The notes: a model not told the origin generated them from the letters alone. A DNA stretch of 50,691 nt from Candidatus Omnitrophota bacterium (GCA_041648935.1 JBAZOA010000002.1:1-50691), one strand, 5' to 3'; shown: positions 1 to 10,015, counted from the first letter of the stretch. Translations and numbers: made by a program.

Positions 1-442
1 GCATGGAATGGATACCGTGTGATATCACCGAGATCTTCCCCTCGGTTATCCCGTATTCACGGACAAGGATCTCTCTTGAGAGATTGGTCATCACGACTAA
101 TCCGCTCGCTTTTTCGGATATTGAACGGACTATGGCTTTAAGTTCGTCCTCGGGCGAGGGCAAGACACTGTGAAAGGCCACGACCGAGGGCTTCCTGAGC
201 GCTTCCAGAAAAGAAATGATACATGAGCCGTATTTACCCGCGAAGATGCCGAATTCATGCTGGATATTCACGAGCTTAACCCTGTCCATCCCGTTGATGG
301 CGTTGGCGGTCTCGATATATTCCCGCTCAGAATATTGGTTTATTTGAAAAATAACTTTTTTTGAATAGTGATAACGCGATATATCGTCGATATTAACCGC
401 GGCCACCCTTGACTCGATGGCAGGTTCAAGCAAATTATCCAT
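1..442 (-). CDS. Glycosyltransferase family 4, N-terminal part only (gene runs off the left window edge)
   Basis: Absent from the ORF track because it is truncated by the window edge. My reverse translation from ATG 442-440 gives MDNLLEPAIESRVAAVNIDDISRYHYSKKVIFQINQYSEREYIETANAINGMDRVKLVNIQHEFGIFAGKYGS...VVAFHSVLPSPEDELKAIVRSISEKASGLVVMTNLSREILVREYGI. This looks like a Glyco_trans_4 N-terminal domain. Confidence 0.6.
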   Translation of the reverse strand, partial: MDNLLEPAIESRVAAVNIDDISRYHYSKKVIFQINQYSEREYIETANAINGMDRVKLVNIQHEFGIFAGKYGSCIISFLEALRKPSVVAFHSVLPSPEDELKAIVRSISEKASGLVVMTNLSREILVREYGITEGKISVISHGIHSM

Positions 443-528
443 TGCCGCCGTGAGGTCGGCGGTAAATGTGGCTATCCCGCACTCCCTGGGAGGAAAGGTC
501 GAGACATAAACGACCTTGAACGCCTCTT

Positions 529-1563
529 TCATATCCGCACCCTGTTTCTCCTGAGCTCCTTAAGCAATGCCTCCATATCCACGGATTTCGCCGCGATGCG
601 CTTGTCCGCCGCGCCGTAATAAATATAAAGCCGGCCATCTTTTATCACGGTCCCGGTAGGAAAGACCACATTGTTGACATCACCCTTTTTCTCCCACTGC
701 CGGCTCGGGGAAAACAACGGTTTCTTCATGCGCGCGATAACCTTCGTGGGATCATGGAGATCGAACAGCGCGGCCGCGGCGTGATAAATCCTGCCTACGC
801 GGGAATCCTCGACCGCGTGATAGATCAAAAGCCAGCCGTCCTTTGTCTCGATGGGCGGACACCCGCCGCCGATATTCCGGCTCTCAAACCTGTATTCGGG
901 ATCGAGCATCACGTAACGGCCCAGGTCCTTGAGATACCCCCTCCAATAGTCGTCGGTTAGTTCTTTGAAATCATCGAAATAGATCACCTGTATCCCGGGC
1001 AGTACCCTGTGGACAAGGGCGAATTTATTATTTATTTTCTTCGGGAAGATAAACGCGTCCTTTTCCCACAGCAGGATATCCCCTCCCTGCCGGTCCTTTA
1101 TATATGACTCGAAGAAAAAATACTTCTCCCTGATCCTGATGGGCGAGCCGGAAAACAGCCTTCCCGCCTCCGCATAGGTGATACGCGGCGATATAATACC
1201 GTGTTTTTTAAAATTTATGAGGTCAGAGCTGGTGGCATAAGCGAAAAGGGCGTTAGTGCCGTCATAGACCGTATAAAAAAGATAATAGACGCCGTCGAGA
1301 AAGACAATGCGGGGATCCTCTACGCCTTTTCTCTCGTAATCGTATTCGGGGAAGATCACGGGCTTCTCCGAGCGCATGACGACTTTATTGTCCGCCAGCC
1401 GGCAGTAACCGATCGAGGAGCGCATATCCGCTTTCCTGACGGCCCGGTAGAACATGTGCGTGACGCCGTCTTTTTCGATACAGGCGGGATTCAAGACCGC
1501 CTGATCCTCAAATTCATCCTGTGAACTTTCAAGGATTAGACCTTCGCTTCGAACCTGTAACAT
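529..1563 (-). CDS. Glycoside hydrolase family 130 (beta-mannoside phosphorylase-type glycosidase)
   Basis: 344-aa ORF with GH130-like segments (AVLNPACIEKDGVTHMFYRAV, VEDPRIVFLDGVYYLFYTVYDG, LLIYHAV). It abuts the upstream PAS gene stop. Confidence 0.75.
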   Translation of the reverse strand: MLQVRSEGLILESSQDEFEDQAVLNPACIEKDGVTHMFYRAVRKADMRSSIGYCRLADNKVVMRSEKPVIFPEYDYERKGVEDPRIVFLDGVYYLFYTVYDGTNALFAYATSSDLINFKKHGIISPRITYAEAGRLFSGSPIRIREKYFFFESYIKDRQGGDILLWEKDAFIFPKKINNKFALVHRVLPGIQVIYFDDFKELTDDYWRGYLKDLGRYVMLDPEYRFESRNIGGGCPPIETKDGWLLIYHAVEDSRVGRIYHAAAALFDLHDPTKVIARMKKPLFSPSRQWEKKGDVNNVVFPTGTVIKDGRLYIYYGAADKRIAAKSVDMEALLKELRRNRVRI

Positions 1564-2151
1564 TTAACCTTCTTTCTGTTTCGCCCTCTTACGCTCGGTG
1601 ACGTCACGGCCTTCCGGAATCATGTATATCACTTTACCTTTTTTATCCTTCACCGGCTTGAGAGAAAAATCAATGTAATGCAATGTCCCGTCTTTCGCCA
1701 TATGCGTTGCCTCAAAACGGAAAAATTCCCCCCGGGCCGCTTTTTTTATCGCCTGCCGCAATTTTTTCTGCAGTTCCGGGGAATGGGCCCACCATGGGGT
1801 CTGCCAAAAAGGTTTATTTAAAACATCCGATAACCTGATCCCGCTGAATTCCAGGGCTGTCCTATTCGCCTCTATCAGGATCCCGTCCGGCGTCATCAGG
1901 CCGATGAATTGAAAGGTCTGATCATAAAGGGCGCGTATCTTTCTCTCGCTTTCCCTGAGCATTTCCTCCGCCTTATTGCGTTTTTTAATCTCATCCCGTA
2001 AATCCACATTTGTCCTGGCCAGCTCTACGGAGCGTCTTATGATTTTATCATCCAGCTCTCTGCGCTCGGTTTCGCCCTTCTCAAGCTCCGCTATCCGTTT
2101 TCGCAAGAGTTCTATTTCTTTAATGAGTTCTTCCCTGGTTTTATCCGCCAT
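1564..2151 (-). CDS. PAS-domain protein with N-terminal coiled coil
   Basis: ORF 1564..2169. I prefer ATG 2151 (MADKTREEL) because a GGGGGA RBS precedes it. It has a heptad-rich N-terminus followed by a PAS-like segment (FQFIGLMTPDGILIEANRTALEFSG...GKVIYMIPEGRDVTERK). Confidence 0.7.
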   Translation of the reverse strand: MADKTREELIKEIELLRKRIAELEKGETERRELDDKIIRRSVELARTNVDLRDEIKKRNKAEEMLRESERKIRALYDQTFQFIGLMTPDGILIEANRTALEFSGIRLSDVLNKPFWQTPWWAHSPELQKKLRQAIKKAARGEFFRFEATHMAKDGTLHYIDFSLKPVKDKKGKVIYMIPEGRDVTERKRAKQKEG

Positions 2152-2227
2152 CTTTATCCCCCGAGACAAGATCTCTTCATAAAAGACCCATATGGATCCC
2201 TACATGATTATATATCATAATATGCCT

Positions 2228-2323
2228 GGAACGTCCTGTTTGTCTACTGTTTTCGGATGGATTTGACGTAACTCTTTGAAAAATAAAGGAATGCAGAATG
2301 TCCGCCGCTGGATGGCGGACATT
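2228..2323. repeat. Copy C of the intergenic upstream-region repeat family (see copies A and B)
   Basis: Shares the exact 14-mer tgacgtaactcttt (2264..2277) with copy A (25514..25527), plus flanking similarity. It ends in the hairpin atgtccgcc-N7-ggcggacat. Confidence 0.35.
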
Positions 2324-2334
2324 GATAATCAATC

Positions 2335-2655
2335 TTAGAAGGTTATTACCTTGTCGCTTTCTTTGATAATCTCGTACATGTCCTTCATGGTGGAAATCGG
2401 GCACATCTCCGAACCTTCCTGTTCCCTGCTTTTGATACATGCCCCGCAGGCATAAATCTTGCCCCCGGATCTCAGGAATTCATCCGCCTGCTTAATAGTG
2501 TTAAATTTATCAGCGCTGACCTTCTGATATTCAACGCCCTTGCCCATTAAGAAAACCTTGGCCTCATCCTTCTGCCCGAGGCAAAAATTAGCGTAACGCA
2601 GGGCATTCCAGCAGGTCTCCACGTCATTACTTGAGATAATTATCCCTATTTTCAT
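2335..2655 (-). CDS. DsrE/DsrF-like family protein
   Basis: 106 aa. The MKIGIIISSNDVETCWNALRYANF...GKIYACGACIKSR pattern is typical of small DsrE-fold proteins. A GGAG RBS precedes the ATG. Confidence 0.65.
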   Translation of the reverse strand: MKIGIIISSNDVETCWNALRYANFCLGQKDEAKVFLMGKGVEYQKVSADKFNTIKQADEFLRSGGKIYACGACIKSREQEGSEMCPISTMKDMYEIIKESDKVITF

Positions 2656-2716
2656 GTTTATCTCCAGGGATTAAATAATCTTTACCGATAGGCGTATCTT
2701 ATCACCAATGTTTCTA

Positions 2717-4438
2717 TCAGTCAACGAGTACTAAATTAAGCGATGCCCCGATCAATAACGCGGCCACAAGCATCATAAATGTACTTTTAAGCGTATCTTT
2801 CACACCTAATTCCCTGATTAAAACTATATAGGTGGCGATACAGGGAAAATATACGGCCAGAATCGTGGAACCGATTATTAACTGTTTAGTGGTGAGATTC
2901 AAAGGCCCCAACATCCCCACGGCGATATCTTTTCTTAAAAATCCCACCATCAAAACAGAAACAGCTTCTTTAGGAAGCCCCCACAGGCCTGTTAAAACAG
3001 GGGTGAAGATATAAGAAAAAAAATCTATTATTCTCAGCATGTGAAGAACGTTCACAAAAAACACCCCTAAAAGCACGAAAGGCATGGCTTCCTTTAAAAA
3101 ACCGGATAAACGCATCCAAAGTTTCTTAATCACCGCTTGAATCTGAGGTATCCGATAAGGCGGGATTTCAACCAATATTTCAGGACTCACCCCTTTTAAA
3201 ACTCTATTCAAAATCAAACCCTTGATAATCAAAAGCGCGAAAAGAATAAAAAATATAACCGCTACATATTTACCGCCCCTTTGTCCCACGAGCCCAACGA
3301 TCATGGCGATCTGCGCCATGCAGGGGATAGCGATCGCCATCAAAGTAGCGGCTATGAATTTTTCGCGTCTTTCTTCCAGTATCCTGGTTGCCAGCGCGCC
3401 CGGGACATTGCATCCTAACCCTAAAATAAATGGGATTATCGCGTATCCATGAAGCCCTAAATGATGCATAAAATTATCCATCAGGACCGCCAGGCGGGGA
3501 AGATAACCAAGATCTTCCAAAATCCCCAACACGAGATAAAAACTAAGGATATAAGGGAAGACCATGGCGATAGGCACAAAAAATCCGGTGGTTAACAATC
3601 CGAATGATTGGCTGAAATCTATGCCGCCGCCGGCCAAATTCCCGATTAAGATATGATGAAAAAACGACCCCTCGCCCAAAAACGCGCTCAATCTCAACAT
3701 CAAAGGAGACCACAGCCCCCCAAACAAGGGCTCAAACATATGCCTGATTAAATTTTCTCCGAGGAACCGGACTGCCCAGAAAGTACAATACATGACACCC
3801 GCGGCGATTAAAAGCCCGCTGAACGGCTTTATGCTCAAGTCTTCCAATATTTCCAATAATGTGCGATGCCGATGCGTTAACTTCTGTGTCTCCTCCACGA
3901 TCTTCCCTATCTTCCCCCATTTCTGCCCATCAGTAGAAACAAACGGTTTCGAGGGTTTCATCTCCGGCATGCGGAGGACCAAATCTTTAATGCCCTCTCC
4001 TGTCAGGCCGCAAACGGGTACAACGGGTGCCGTTAAATTTTCTTCCAATTTTTTAACATCAATATTAATCCCGCGGTGCTTCGCGTCATCCCACATGTTC
4101 AAGGCCACAATGACGGGAATACCCTTCTCCAATAATTGCAATGTCAGATAAAGATTCCTCTCTAAATTCGTGGCGTCTATGACATTTATGACAAGACCGC
4201 CCTCCCCCAGCATCCGGCACGCCACATCCTCGGCTTTACATGTTGGTTCCAGGGTATATGTCCCGGGCGCGTCTATGATCATCACTGATTCTTCGCCCAT
4301 CTTCATCTTGCCCTGAGTAAACTCCACCGTTGTCCCGGGATAATTAGAAATTATCACCTTGGCCCCGGTAAGCCTGGAGAATATGGCGCTCTTGCCTACG
4401 TTAGGATTGCCTATCAACAAAATCTTTTCTATATTCAT
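2717..4438 (-). CDS. feoB: Ferrous iron transporter FeoB
   Basis: 573 aa. N-terminal G-domain (GNPNVGKS, DAPGTY, NMWD) followed by a polytopic membrane domain. It overlaps the feoA stop by 4 nt. Confidence 0.95.
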   Translation of the reverse strand: MNIEKILLIGNPNVGKSAIFSRLTGAKVIISNYPGTTVEFTQGKMKMGEESVMIIDAPGTYTLEPTCKAEDVACRMLGEGGLVINVIDATNLERNLYLTLQLLEKGIPVIVALNMWDDAKHRGINIDVKKLEENLTAPVVPVCGLTGEGIKDLVLRMPEMKPSKPFVSTDGQKWGKIGKIVEETQKLTHRHRTLLEILEDLSIKPFSGLLIAAGVMYCTFWAVRFLGENLIRHMFEPLFGGLWSPLMLRLSAFLGEGSFFHHILIGNLAGGGIDFSQSFGLLTTGFFVPIAMVFPYILSFYLVLGILEDLGYLPRLAVLMDNFMHHLGLHGYAIIPFILGLGCNVPGALATRILEERREKFIAATLMAIAIPCMAQIAMIVGLVGQRGGKYVAVIFFILFALLIIKGLILNRVLKGVSPEILVEIPPYRIPQIQAVIKKLWMRLSGFLKEAMPFVLLGVFFVNVLHMLRIIDFFSYIFTPVLTGLWGLPKEAVSVLMVGFLRKDIAVGMLGPLNLTTKQLIIGSTILAVYFPCIATYIVLIRELGVKDTLKSTFMMLVAALLIGASLNLVLVD

Positions 4439-4668
4439 CTCTCAACAGCGACTAAAATTCTTCTCGCCATGCCGAAACCAACGGCAATCTGCATGTTGTC
4501 CACTTCTATCGTCTGGGGACCGCGCCAAAAGTGGGAACTCACCTTGATTATTTTCTTTCCCGGCCGCGCGCCCATGCTATATAATTTTCTCATGAGGCCG
4601 TGACCGCCCTGAATTTCCCATATCACGCCGGATTCCCCGGCTCGCATTTGAATCAAATCTATTATCAC
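4435..4668 (-). CDS. feoA: Ferrous iron transport protein FeoA
   Basis: 77-aa SH3-like FeoA pattern (LIQMRAGESGVIWEIQGG...LYSMGARPGKKI), directly upstream of and overlapping feoB. Confidence 0.85.
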   Translation of the reverse strand: MIIDLIQMRAGESGVIWEIQGGHGLMRKLYSMGARPGKKIIKVSSHFWRGPQTIEVDNMQIAVGFGMARRILVAVER

Positions 4669-5315
4669 TTATCAAGATCCTTTTTCTCTCCCGCAGTGAA
4701 CTTATAAGCGCTGATTACAACGAACGCGCCCTTGCCGAATCCTTTTTTGACAGTCTGAATCGAGTTCATTTTGTCAGGAAATTTATATATAGTCTGATAA
4801 TAAGAAATCCTGTTAAACCCCGCCGTCTTAACTAAACCCGCTAATTCCCTGACACCGAAAAAATTCGCCTGTTTATAAAACACACTGCTTTTTCTCCGGT
4901 AGTATTTGCCCAAAAAGCTGTCTTTATCAATTATGCCGATAATAAGCTTGCCGTTCTTCCTCAAGACCCTCCTCGCCTCGGTCAATACCCTTGCGGGGTC
5001 TTTTACAAAACAAAGGGTTATTATAATAAGGGCGTAATCAAAAGCGGAATTTCCAAAGGGCAATTTTTCCCCTCTGCCCAATCTGACATCTACGCCTCTT
5101 TCCCTGGATACCTCAAGCATCTTCTTTGATGGATCAACCCCGTGCCTTACTCCTAAAGGCGCGGCGAATCTTCCCGTGCCAACACCGATCTCCAGGCCCT
5201 TGCCTTTCTTTGGCAAAACATTTCTTACCGCCTCGAGTTCCGAAAAATAAACGAATTTATTTTTATCATACCAGGCGTCATACTTTCCTATGTGACGATC
5301 GAATACGCTGCTCAT
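4665..5315 (-). CDS. Class I SAM-dependent methyltransferase
   Basis: Motif I GLEIGVGTGRF and post-I/II segments (FDYALIIITLCFV, LRKNGKLII). Confidence 0.8.
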   Translation of the reverse strand: MSSVFDRHIGKYDAWYDKNKFVYFSELEAVRNVLPKKGKGLEIGVGTGRFAAPLGVRHGVDPSKKMLEVSRERGVDVRLGRGEKLPFGNSAFDYALIIITLCFVKDPARVLTEARRVLRKNGKLIIGIIDKDSFLGKYYRRKSSVFYKQANFFGVRELAGLVKTAGFNRISYYQTIYKFPDKMNSIQTVKKGFGKGAFVVISAYKFTAGEKKDLDK

Positions 5316-5626
5316 AGATCAAGATCCCCGAATAAACCGTCATAAAATCTTTTCAAATGCTCGTAAAACTCCTTATCCATTGTATTGCGCCTTACATCCT
5401 TTTCTTTGAATGAATATCTGTACCCCGCGCAATAAACCGCCAGGATATCTTTAGCATGGGATATCTTTTTAAACTTTTCCTCGCATTCCTTTTTTTTCTT
5501 GTCCTCGCATCTATCCGGATGATACCTCAAGGCCAGCTCTTTGTAAGCGCTCTTTATCTCTTCCATGCCCGCATACTCATCCAGGCCCAATATTTTTCTT
5601 GCCTCATCAATCTGTTTAAAATCCAT
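5312..5626 (-). CDS. Stand-alone J-domain (DnaJ-like) protein
   Basis: 104 aa with the J-domain signature YKELALRYHPDR (HPD tripeptide). Confidence 0.75.
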   Translation of the reverse strand: MDFKQIDEARKILGLDEYAGMEEIKSAYKELALRYHPDRCEDKKKKECEEKFKKISHAKDILAVYCAGYRYSFKEKDVRRNTMDKEFYEHLKRFYDGLFGDLDL

Positions 5627-6263
5627 TTTCAGGCCTCCGTTGATTACCCCTCACGAACAATAAAGGAAAAACTATATCGCTTACGCAGCAAGGAAGCCAA
5701 ACCGCTAAAAATAAAAATATAAAAATAGCGGCGCATGAAAACCAACTCAAGATCCCCGCTTTCGCCATGATCATGTGGAATAAAGACGCCCAGGTGCTTA
5801 ATAACACATGGCCGGCATGGGTAAATTTTGTCCCTGGTTTAAGATAAGCGATAACTATGCCTAAAATAGCCAGAGGATTGACTAACCACCATTTTTCGAT
5901 AAAACCAAGATGTATCCCCCTGTTAGGCATCCCAAGCAGGGATTCAGCCGCGTAAGGAATAAGAGAATCGCTGATAGTCGCTATGCCCACTGAACCCGCG
6001 TAGCCGATTATGATCAAGACCCAGAAATTACACTTCCCCCTGATGCAATTAATCCCCACGCTGGGACATGTATGGAGTTTATACATTGCCGCCGTAACTA
6101 ACGCGCTTAAAAATACATGCATAGGATGAAGCACGTAGAAAATGTTATACGAGATTTCATAAGGCAATTTTAAAGAAAACGCCATGATAATTATCCCCGT
6201 GATCGCGCCGAACATCGTGAAAGGCGCGTGCGACTTCAATTCTTTGACTATATGTCCCGCCAT
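5616..6263 (-). CDS. His/Cys-rich polytopic membrane protein, function unknown
   Basis: 215 aa with about 6 hydrophobic helices and many His/Cys residues (LHPMHVF, HTCPSVGINCIRGKC, THAGH, LPCCVSD). I do not recognise the family with confidence. Confidence 0.55.
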   Translation of the reverse strand: MAGHIVKELKSHAPFTMFGAITGIIIMAFSLKLPYEISYNIFYVLHPMHVFLSALVTAAMYKLHTCPSVGINCIRGKCNFWVLIIIGYAGSVGIATISDSLIPYAAESLLGMPNRGIHLGFIEKWWLVNPLAILGIVIAYLKPGTKFTHAGHVLLSTWASLFHMIMAKAGILSWFSCAAIFIFLFLAVWLPCCVSDIVFPLLFVRGNQRRPENGF

Positions 6264-6267
6264 TTTA

Positions 6268-6981
6268 TCAAACCCCTATCTCCAGCCCCGCCTTAACAGT
6301 TATACAATTTTTCTTGTATTGTTTTTTAAATATGCCTTCCGCCGTTTCTCCGGAGCAATGCGTGGGCCCGGCTTTTATTACGCCCATTTTCTTAAAATTC
6401 TCTACTACTATCTCCACCGCGCGAGTATCTGACTCCGTCAGATGAAATCCGCCCAGGACAAGATAAACAGGCTCATCAGGAAACTTCGCCTTTACCTTCC
6501 CTATTATTTTTAAAATCCCGGGATGGGCGCATCCCGTGATCATGGTAAGGCCGTTTTTTGTTTTCAATACAATCGCCTGCTCAGGCATGTATCTGCCGTT
6601 ATATCCTCCCGGTATTTCCCCGGTGATAAATATATCGCGCGAGATCTCCGTAAATCCTCCGGCCTCAATCAATTCTCCCTGGGCCTCTTTTACTTTATTT
6701 TTGAATTCCCCGCCGAATCCTGGACAGGAATATACCTTAAGCCCTTTCCTTTTCTTCAGCACTTCCCATAGGCCTCCCGCATGATCCCAATGGTCGTGGG
6801 AAATCACTACCGCCTCGATTTTATTTATATTAACTTCCGAAGAACGCATGTTTTTAATCAGCCATTTCCCGTTTTCGCCGGTATCGAATAATATCTTATC
6901 ATCAACCAAAAAAGAGACCCCCCAGCCGATATGAAAATTCTCATCCAGGGCGCCTTTATCAAAAAGAACTTTTATCCGCAT
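6268..6981 (-). CDS. MBL-fold metallo-hydrolase
   Basis: The HxHxDH motif is present as ISHDHWDHAGG, with a downstream GCAHPG segment. Confidence 0.8.
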   Translation of the reverse strand: MRIKVLFDKGALDENFHIGWGVSFLVDDKILFDTGENGKWLIKNMRSSEVNINKIEAVVISHDHWDHAGGLWEVLKKRKGLKVYSCPGFGGEFKNKVKEAQGELIEAGGFTEISRDIFITGEIPGGYNGRYMPEQAIVLKTKNGLTMITGCAHPGILKIIGKVKAKFPDEPVYLVLGGFHLTESDTRAVEIVVENFKKMGVIKAGPTHCSGETAEGIFKKQYKKNCITVKAGLEIGV

Positions 6982-7022
6982 TTTAAAACCCCCCGTCTAC
7001 ATCCACGAATTGGCGCGTTATT

Positions 7023-7502
7023 TTATTCCCTCTTAGCGCGCAGTCTTAATTTAAATTTTTCCAATGGACTTAAATAATCCATGATTAATTTCCCGCTTAA
7101 ATGGTCTATCTCATGCTGCAAGACTCTCGCTAAAAGCCCGCGGGCCTCCAATTCGACAATCTTTCCTTTTTCATTTAACCCCCTGATTACAATCTCATCC
7201 GGCCTGCCTATGACAACGCTTATTCCGGGAACGCTTAAACAGCCCTCTTCCATTTTATCCCGGCCTTTCGCTTTTAAAATCACGGGGTCAGCCAGCCTGA
7301 CAGGCCCTTCGCCTATATCCGCGACTATCAATCTCCTGGAAATCCCGATTTGCGGGGCGGCCAGACCGATGCCCGCGGAATGCCGCATGGTAAAAAGCAT
7401 CTCCTCAAATAGCGTTATTTCTTTATCGGTAATCTTTTTCACCTCAAGCGCCTTTTTTCTTAAAACGCTATCCGGATATTTTTTTATTTCTGATAGTTCC
7501 AT
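7023..7502 (-). CDS. def: Peptide deformylase
   Basis: All three deformylase motifs are present: GIGLAAPQIG, EGCLSVPG and QHEIDHLSG. Confidence 0.95.
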   Translation of the reverse strand: MELSEIKKYPDSVLRKKALEVKKITDKEITLFEEMLFTMRHSAGIGLAAPQIGISRRLIVADIGEGPVRLADPVILKAKGRDKMEEGCLSVPGISVVIGRPDEIVIRGLNEKGKIVELEARGLLARVLQHEIDHLSGKLIMDYLSPLEKFKLRLRAKRE

Positions 7503-8383
7503 TTTTTCCTCAAATTATAAAACAATACCGCACTTCCCATTTCGCATCCGGTCTCTTTCGTTACGACCGGGCATTTGACCATAAACAGGAAAAAAATGGG
7601 CCTTTTCTCCCTCGACAAAGACTCAAAATTACCCTGCCCCTTGCTGATTATCATGTCCGCGGATTTATAAATCCGCCCGAATTCCTTTGAACATAAAGAA
7701 AGTATCGTCCCCGGGGCATCCGACCCGTTAGAGATCACGCGCGCGATCTTATCGATCCCGCACGCCTTCGCGTCCTCAAATAGCGCGTCGTTTATAACAG
7801 GCCTTTCCTTGACAGCGTAAAAAATATCTTTATCGGGATGGCCTTTTTTTATCTCTTCTATCAAAATCCTATCAAATACCACCTCTCCGGCGTTATCAGC
7901 CAGGTATAAAATATTTTTTGCCGCCTTCAGGCCCCGCCTGAATTCTGAATAATGAAAAATGGACTTTTTACGGATAACCCCTCTTTCCTCCGCGAGGATC
8001 CTTTTTAATTCCGCCTTCACATTTAAATTATTCTTCGGGCCGAAATCGATAATATTGCCCGCTATAGCTAATTCCAGCGCCGTTAAAAGCCTGTCCTTTG
8101 AATAATTTACCTTATCCCTTAATTTTCCTAAAAGCCTTAAAGCGCAGAGATTGCTCCTCCTTTTTATCTCTTTATAAGGATCGTCCCTCATGCTTATCTT
8201 TCTTAAGATATTAAAACCAAAACGGTCTATCTCGGGAGGGGAAAGCCTGAGCGGAACTTTCGAGATTTTTCTGGCAAACGCGTCCAATATCTGTTTTTGC
8301 TGCCTCGGGGATGCCTTGGCGATACGCGCGGCGTCAAGCACCTGCCTGAAGAAACATGGGATACAATCCAGATATGTCCTCAT
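7484..8383 (-). CDS. DUF89 / ARMT1-like damage-control phosphatase family protein
   Basis: 299 aa. The N-terminal DCIPCFFRQ motif and the DNAGE...KGQGN pattern are typical of DUF89. Confidence 0.7.
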   Translation of the reverse strand: MRTYLDCIPCFFRQVLDAARIAKASPRQQKQILDAFARKISKVPLRLSPPEIDRFGFNILRKISMRDDPYKEIKRRSNLCALRLLGKLRDKVNYSKDRLLTALELAIAGNIIDFGPKNNLNVKAELKRILAEERGVIRKKSIFHYSEFRRGLKAAKNILYLADNAGEVVFDRILIEEIKKGHPDKDIFYAVKERPVINDALFEDAKACGIDKIARVISNGSDAPGTILSLCSKEFGRIYKSADMIISKGQGNFESLSREKRPIFFLFMVKCPVVTKETGCEMGSAVLFYNLRKKWNYQK

Positions 8384-9174
8384 ATCACCTTGCCTCTTCT
8401 TTTCAGCGTATCCTTATCGCTTATTGACACAATATCTTCAGCCGTCCTTTCATCATAAACCGAGACTATGTGAATGCCCCCGCAGGCTGAGATAAAACGA
8501 TCTTTTATCCTCAATACATCCTCCTTCGCCAATGAGTTAGTATCACAGGGCCTTAACGGCGTATTAACCTGGATTTCATCCGGCTGGATACAATCCGCCA
8601 GGTAAATAAAATTATCAACGTAATCCCTGTTGATATCAATAAACATTATCTGTAAAGCTAATTTCCCGCGAAAGCCCTTTTTAAATTCCTTTATCCCCTT
8701 TAGAATACCGCTGGATTCTATTCCCTTGGCGGGTCTGTTAATTTCCCGCAAAGATTCCTGTGAACAGGCATCTAACTTAGCCACAACAAAATCCGCTGAA
8801 ATAAGATCTTTCCTCACATCATCCCTATCCATCAACGTGGCATTCGTCAAGACGGCTATCGGCTCTTCGCGGATCGACCTTACCTCCTTTATCGCTTCGC
8901 CTAAATTGGACGCCAGGGTGGGCTCTCCCCTGCCGGAAAAAGTAAGATAATCTATCCGCGTCTTGGGCAATATTTCTAATTCTTTTATGACTTCTTCGAT
9001 CGCTACATATGCCTTTCTTTCGACCGTATATCCTTTTGTCGGGCCAAGCTGGCAATAAACACAGTCAAAATTACAAATTTTTTCTTCCTGCGTAAGTAAG
9101 TCTATGCCCAAAGAACTCCCTAATCTCCAGGATGGCACCGGCCCATATATATATTTAAACGCGGAATTCATCAT
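8380..9174 (-). CDS. Radical SAM protein
   Basis: CNFDCVYCQ (CxxxCxxC) cluster motif near the N-terminus, preceded by YGPVPSWRLGSSLGIDL. Confidence 0.8.
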   Translation of the reverse strand: MMNSAFKYIYGPVPSWRLGSSLGIDLLTQEEKICNFDCVYCQLGPTKGYTVERKAYVAIEEVIKELEILPKTRIDYLTFSGRGEPTLASNLGEAIKEVRSIREEPIAVLTNATLMDRDDVRKDLISADFVVAKLDACSQESLREINRPAKGIESSGILKGIKEFKKGFRGKLALQIMFIDINRDYVDNFIYLADCIQPDEIQVNTPLRPCDTNSLAKEDVLRIKDRFISACGGIHIVSVYDERTAEDIVSISDKDTLKRRGKVI

Positions 9175-9995
9175 CTGTCTCCGACAAATTTTGTTATCCT
9201 ATCCACTATGCCCATAAACGCCTCGGCGGATTTTGATCTCTCTTTAAAAGACACGAAAGGGGTGCCTTTATCCGCGTATTCCACGAACTTAGGCTCAAAA
9301 GGCACTCTGCCCGCGAAGGAAACCTTCAACTCTTCCGCCGCCTTCTCTCCCCCGCCTCGTTTAAAAATATCTATTTCATTGCCGCAATGCGGGCATATAA
9401 GGCCGCTCATGTTCTCAATTATCCCCGCAATCGGGATTTTTAATTCTTTGGCAAATTGAACGCTTTTACGCGCGTCCAAAACCGCCACATCCTGTGGGGT
9501 AGTGACAATAATCGCTCCGGTGACATTGGGGATTAACTGGCAGGCGCTCAACGGCTCATCGCCTGTCCCGGGAGGCGAATCTATGATCAAATAATCAAGC
9601 TCTCCCCAATTTACATCAGCCAGGAATTGCGTGATAATTTTCGCTTTCATGGGCCCGCGCCAGATCATCGGTTGATCAGGATCATAACCGATCAACGCGA
9701 TGCTGACCGCTTTAAGATTTTTACTTATCTCAACAGGCTCTATACCGGACTCAAGAGAAAAGATTGATTTTTTCTCAATCCCGAGCATCTTCGCGATATT
9801 AGGCCCGTGAAGGTCAATATCTAAAATACCGACCGACTTACCTGTAATAGAAAGCGCGTACGCGAGATTAACCGCCACTGTGGTCTTCCCCACCCCGCCT
9901 TTACCACTCATGACAATTAAGGTATGCTTGACCTTCGCCATCTTGTCCTTAAGGCGCTTTTCCTGATCTGAAATTTCATTTTTATCCGCCTGCAT
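9171..9995 (-). CDS. Mrp/NBP35 (ApbC) family Fe-S cluster carrier ATPase
   Basis: Deviant Walker A SGKGGVGKTT, and a CPHCG motif typical of Mrp/NBP35. Confidence 0.9.
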   Translation of the reverse strand: MQADKNEISDQEKRLKDKMAKVKHTLIVMSGKGGVGKTTVAVNLAYALSITGKSVGILDIDLHGPNIAKMLGIEKKSIFSLESGIEPVEISKNLKAVSIALIGYDPDQPMIWRGPMKAKIITQFLADVNWGELDYLIIDSPPGTGDEPLSACQLIPNVTGAIIVTTPQDVAVLDARKSVQFAKELKIPIAGIIENMSGLICPHCGNEIDIFKRGGGEKAAEELKVSFAGRVPFEPKFVEYADKGTPFVSFKERSKSAEAFMGIVDRITKFVGDR

Positions 9996-10015
9996 ATAAA
10001 ACCCCTCTATGAAAA

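Noticed and set aside
7081-7578. A set of 100-180-aa antisense ORFs: 7081..7578, 10360..10737, 13520..14044, 16413..16919, 35169..35699, 43040..43501, 46310..46798, 48886..49419 and 50211..50663.
   Set aside because: Each lies wholly inside a minus-strand gene with clear family motifs. Their compositions are biased toward Ser, Pro, Leu and Arg, typical of shadow frames. None has an RBS.
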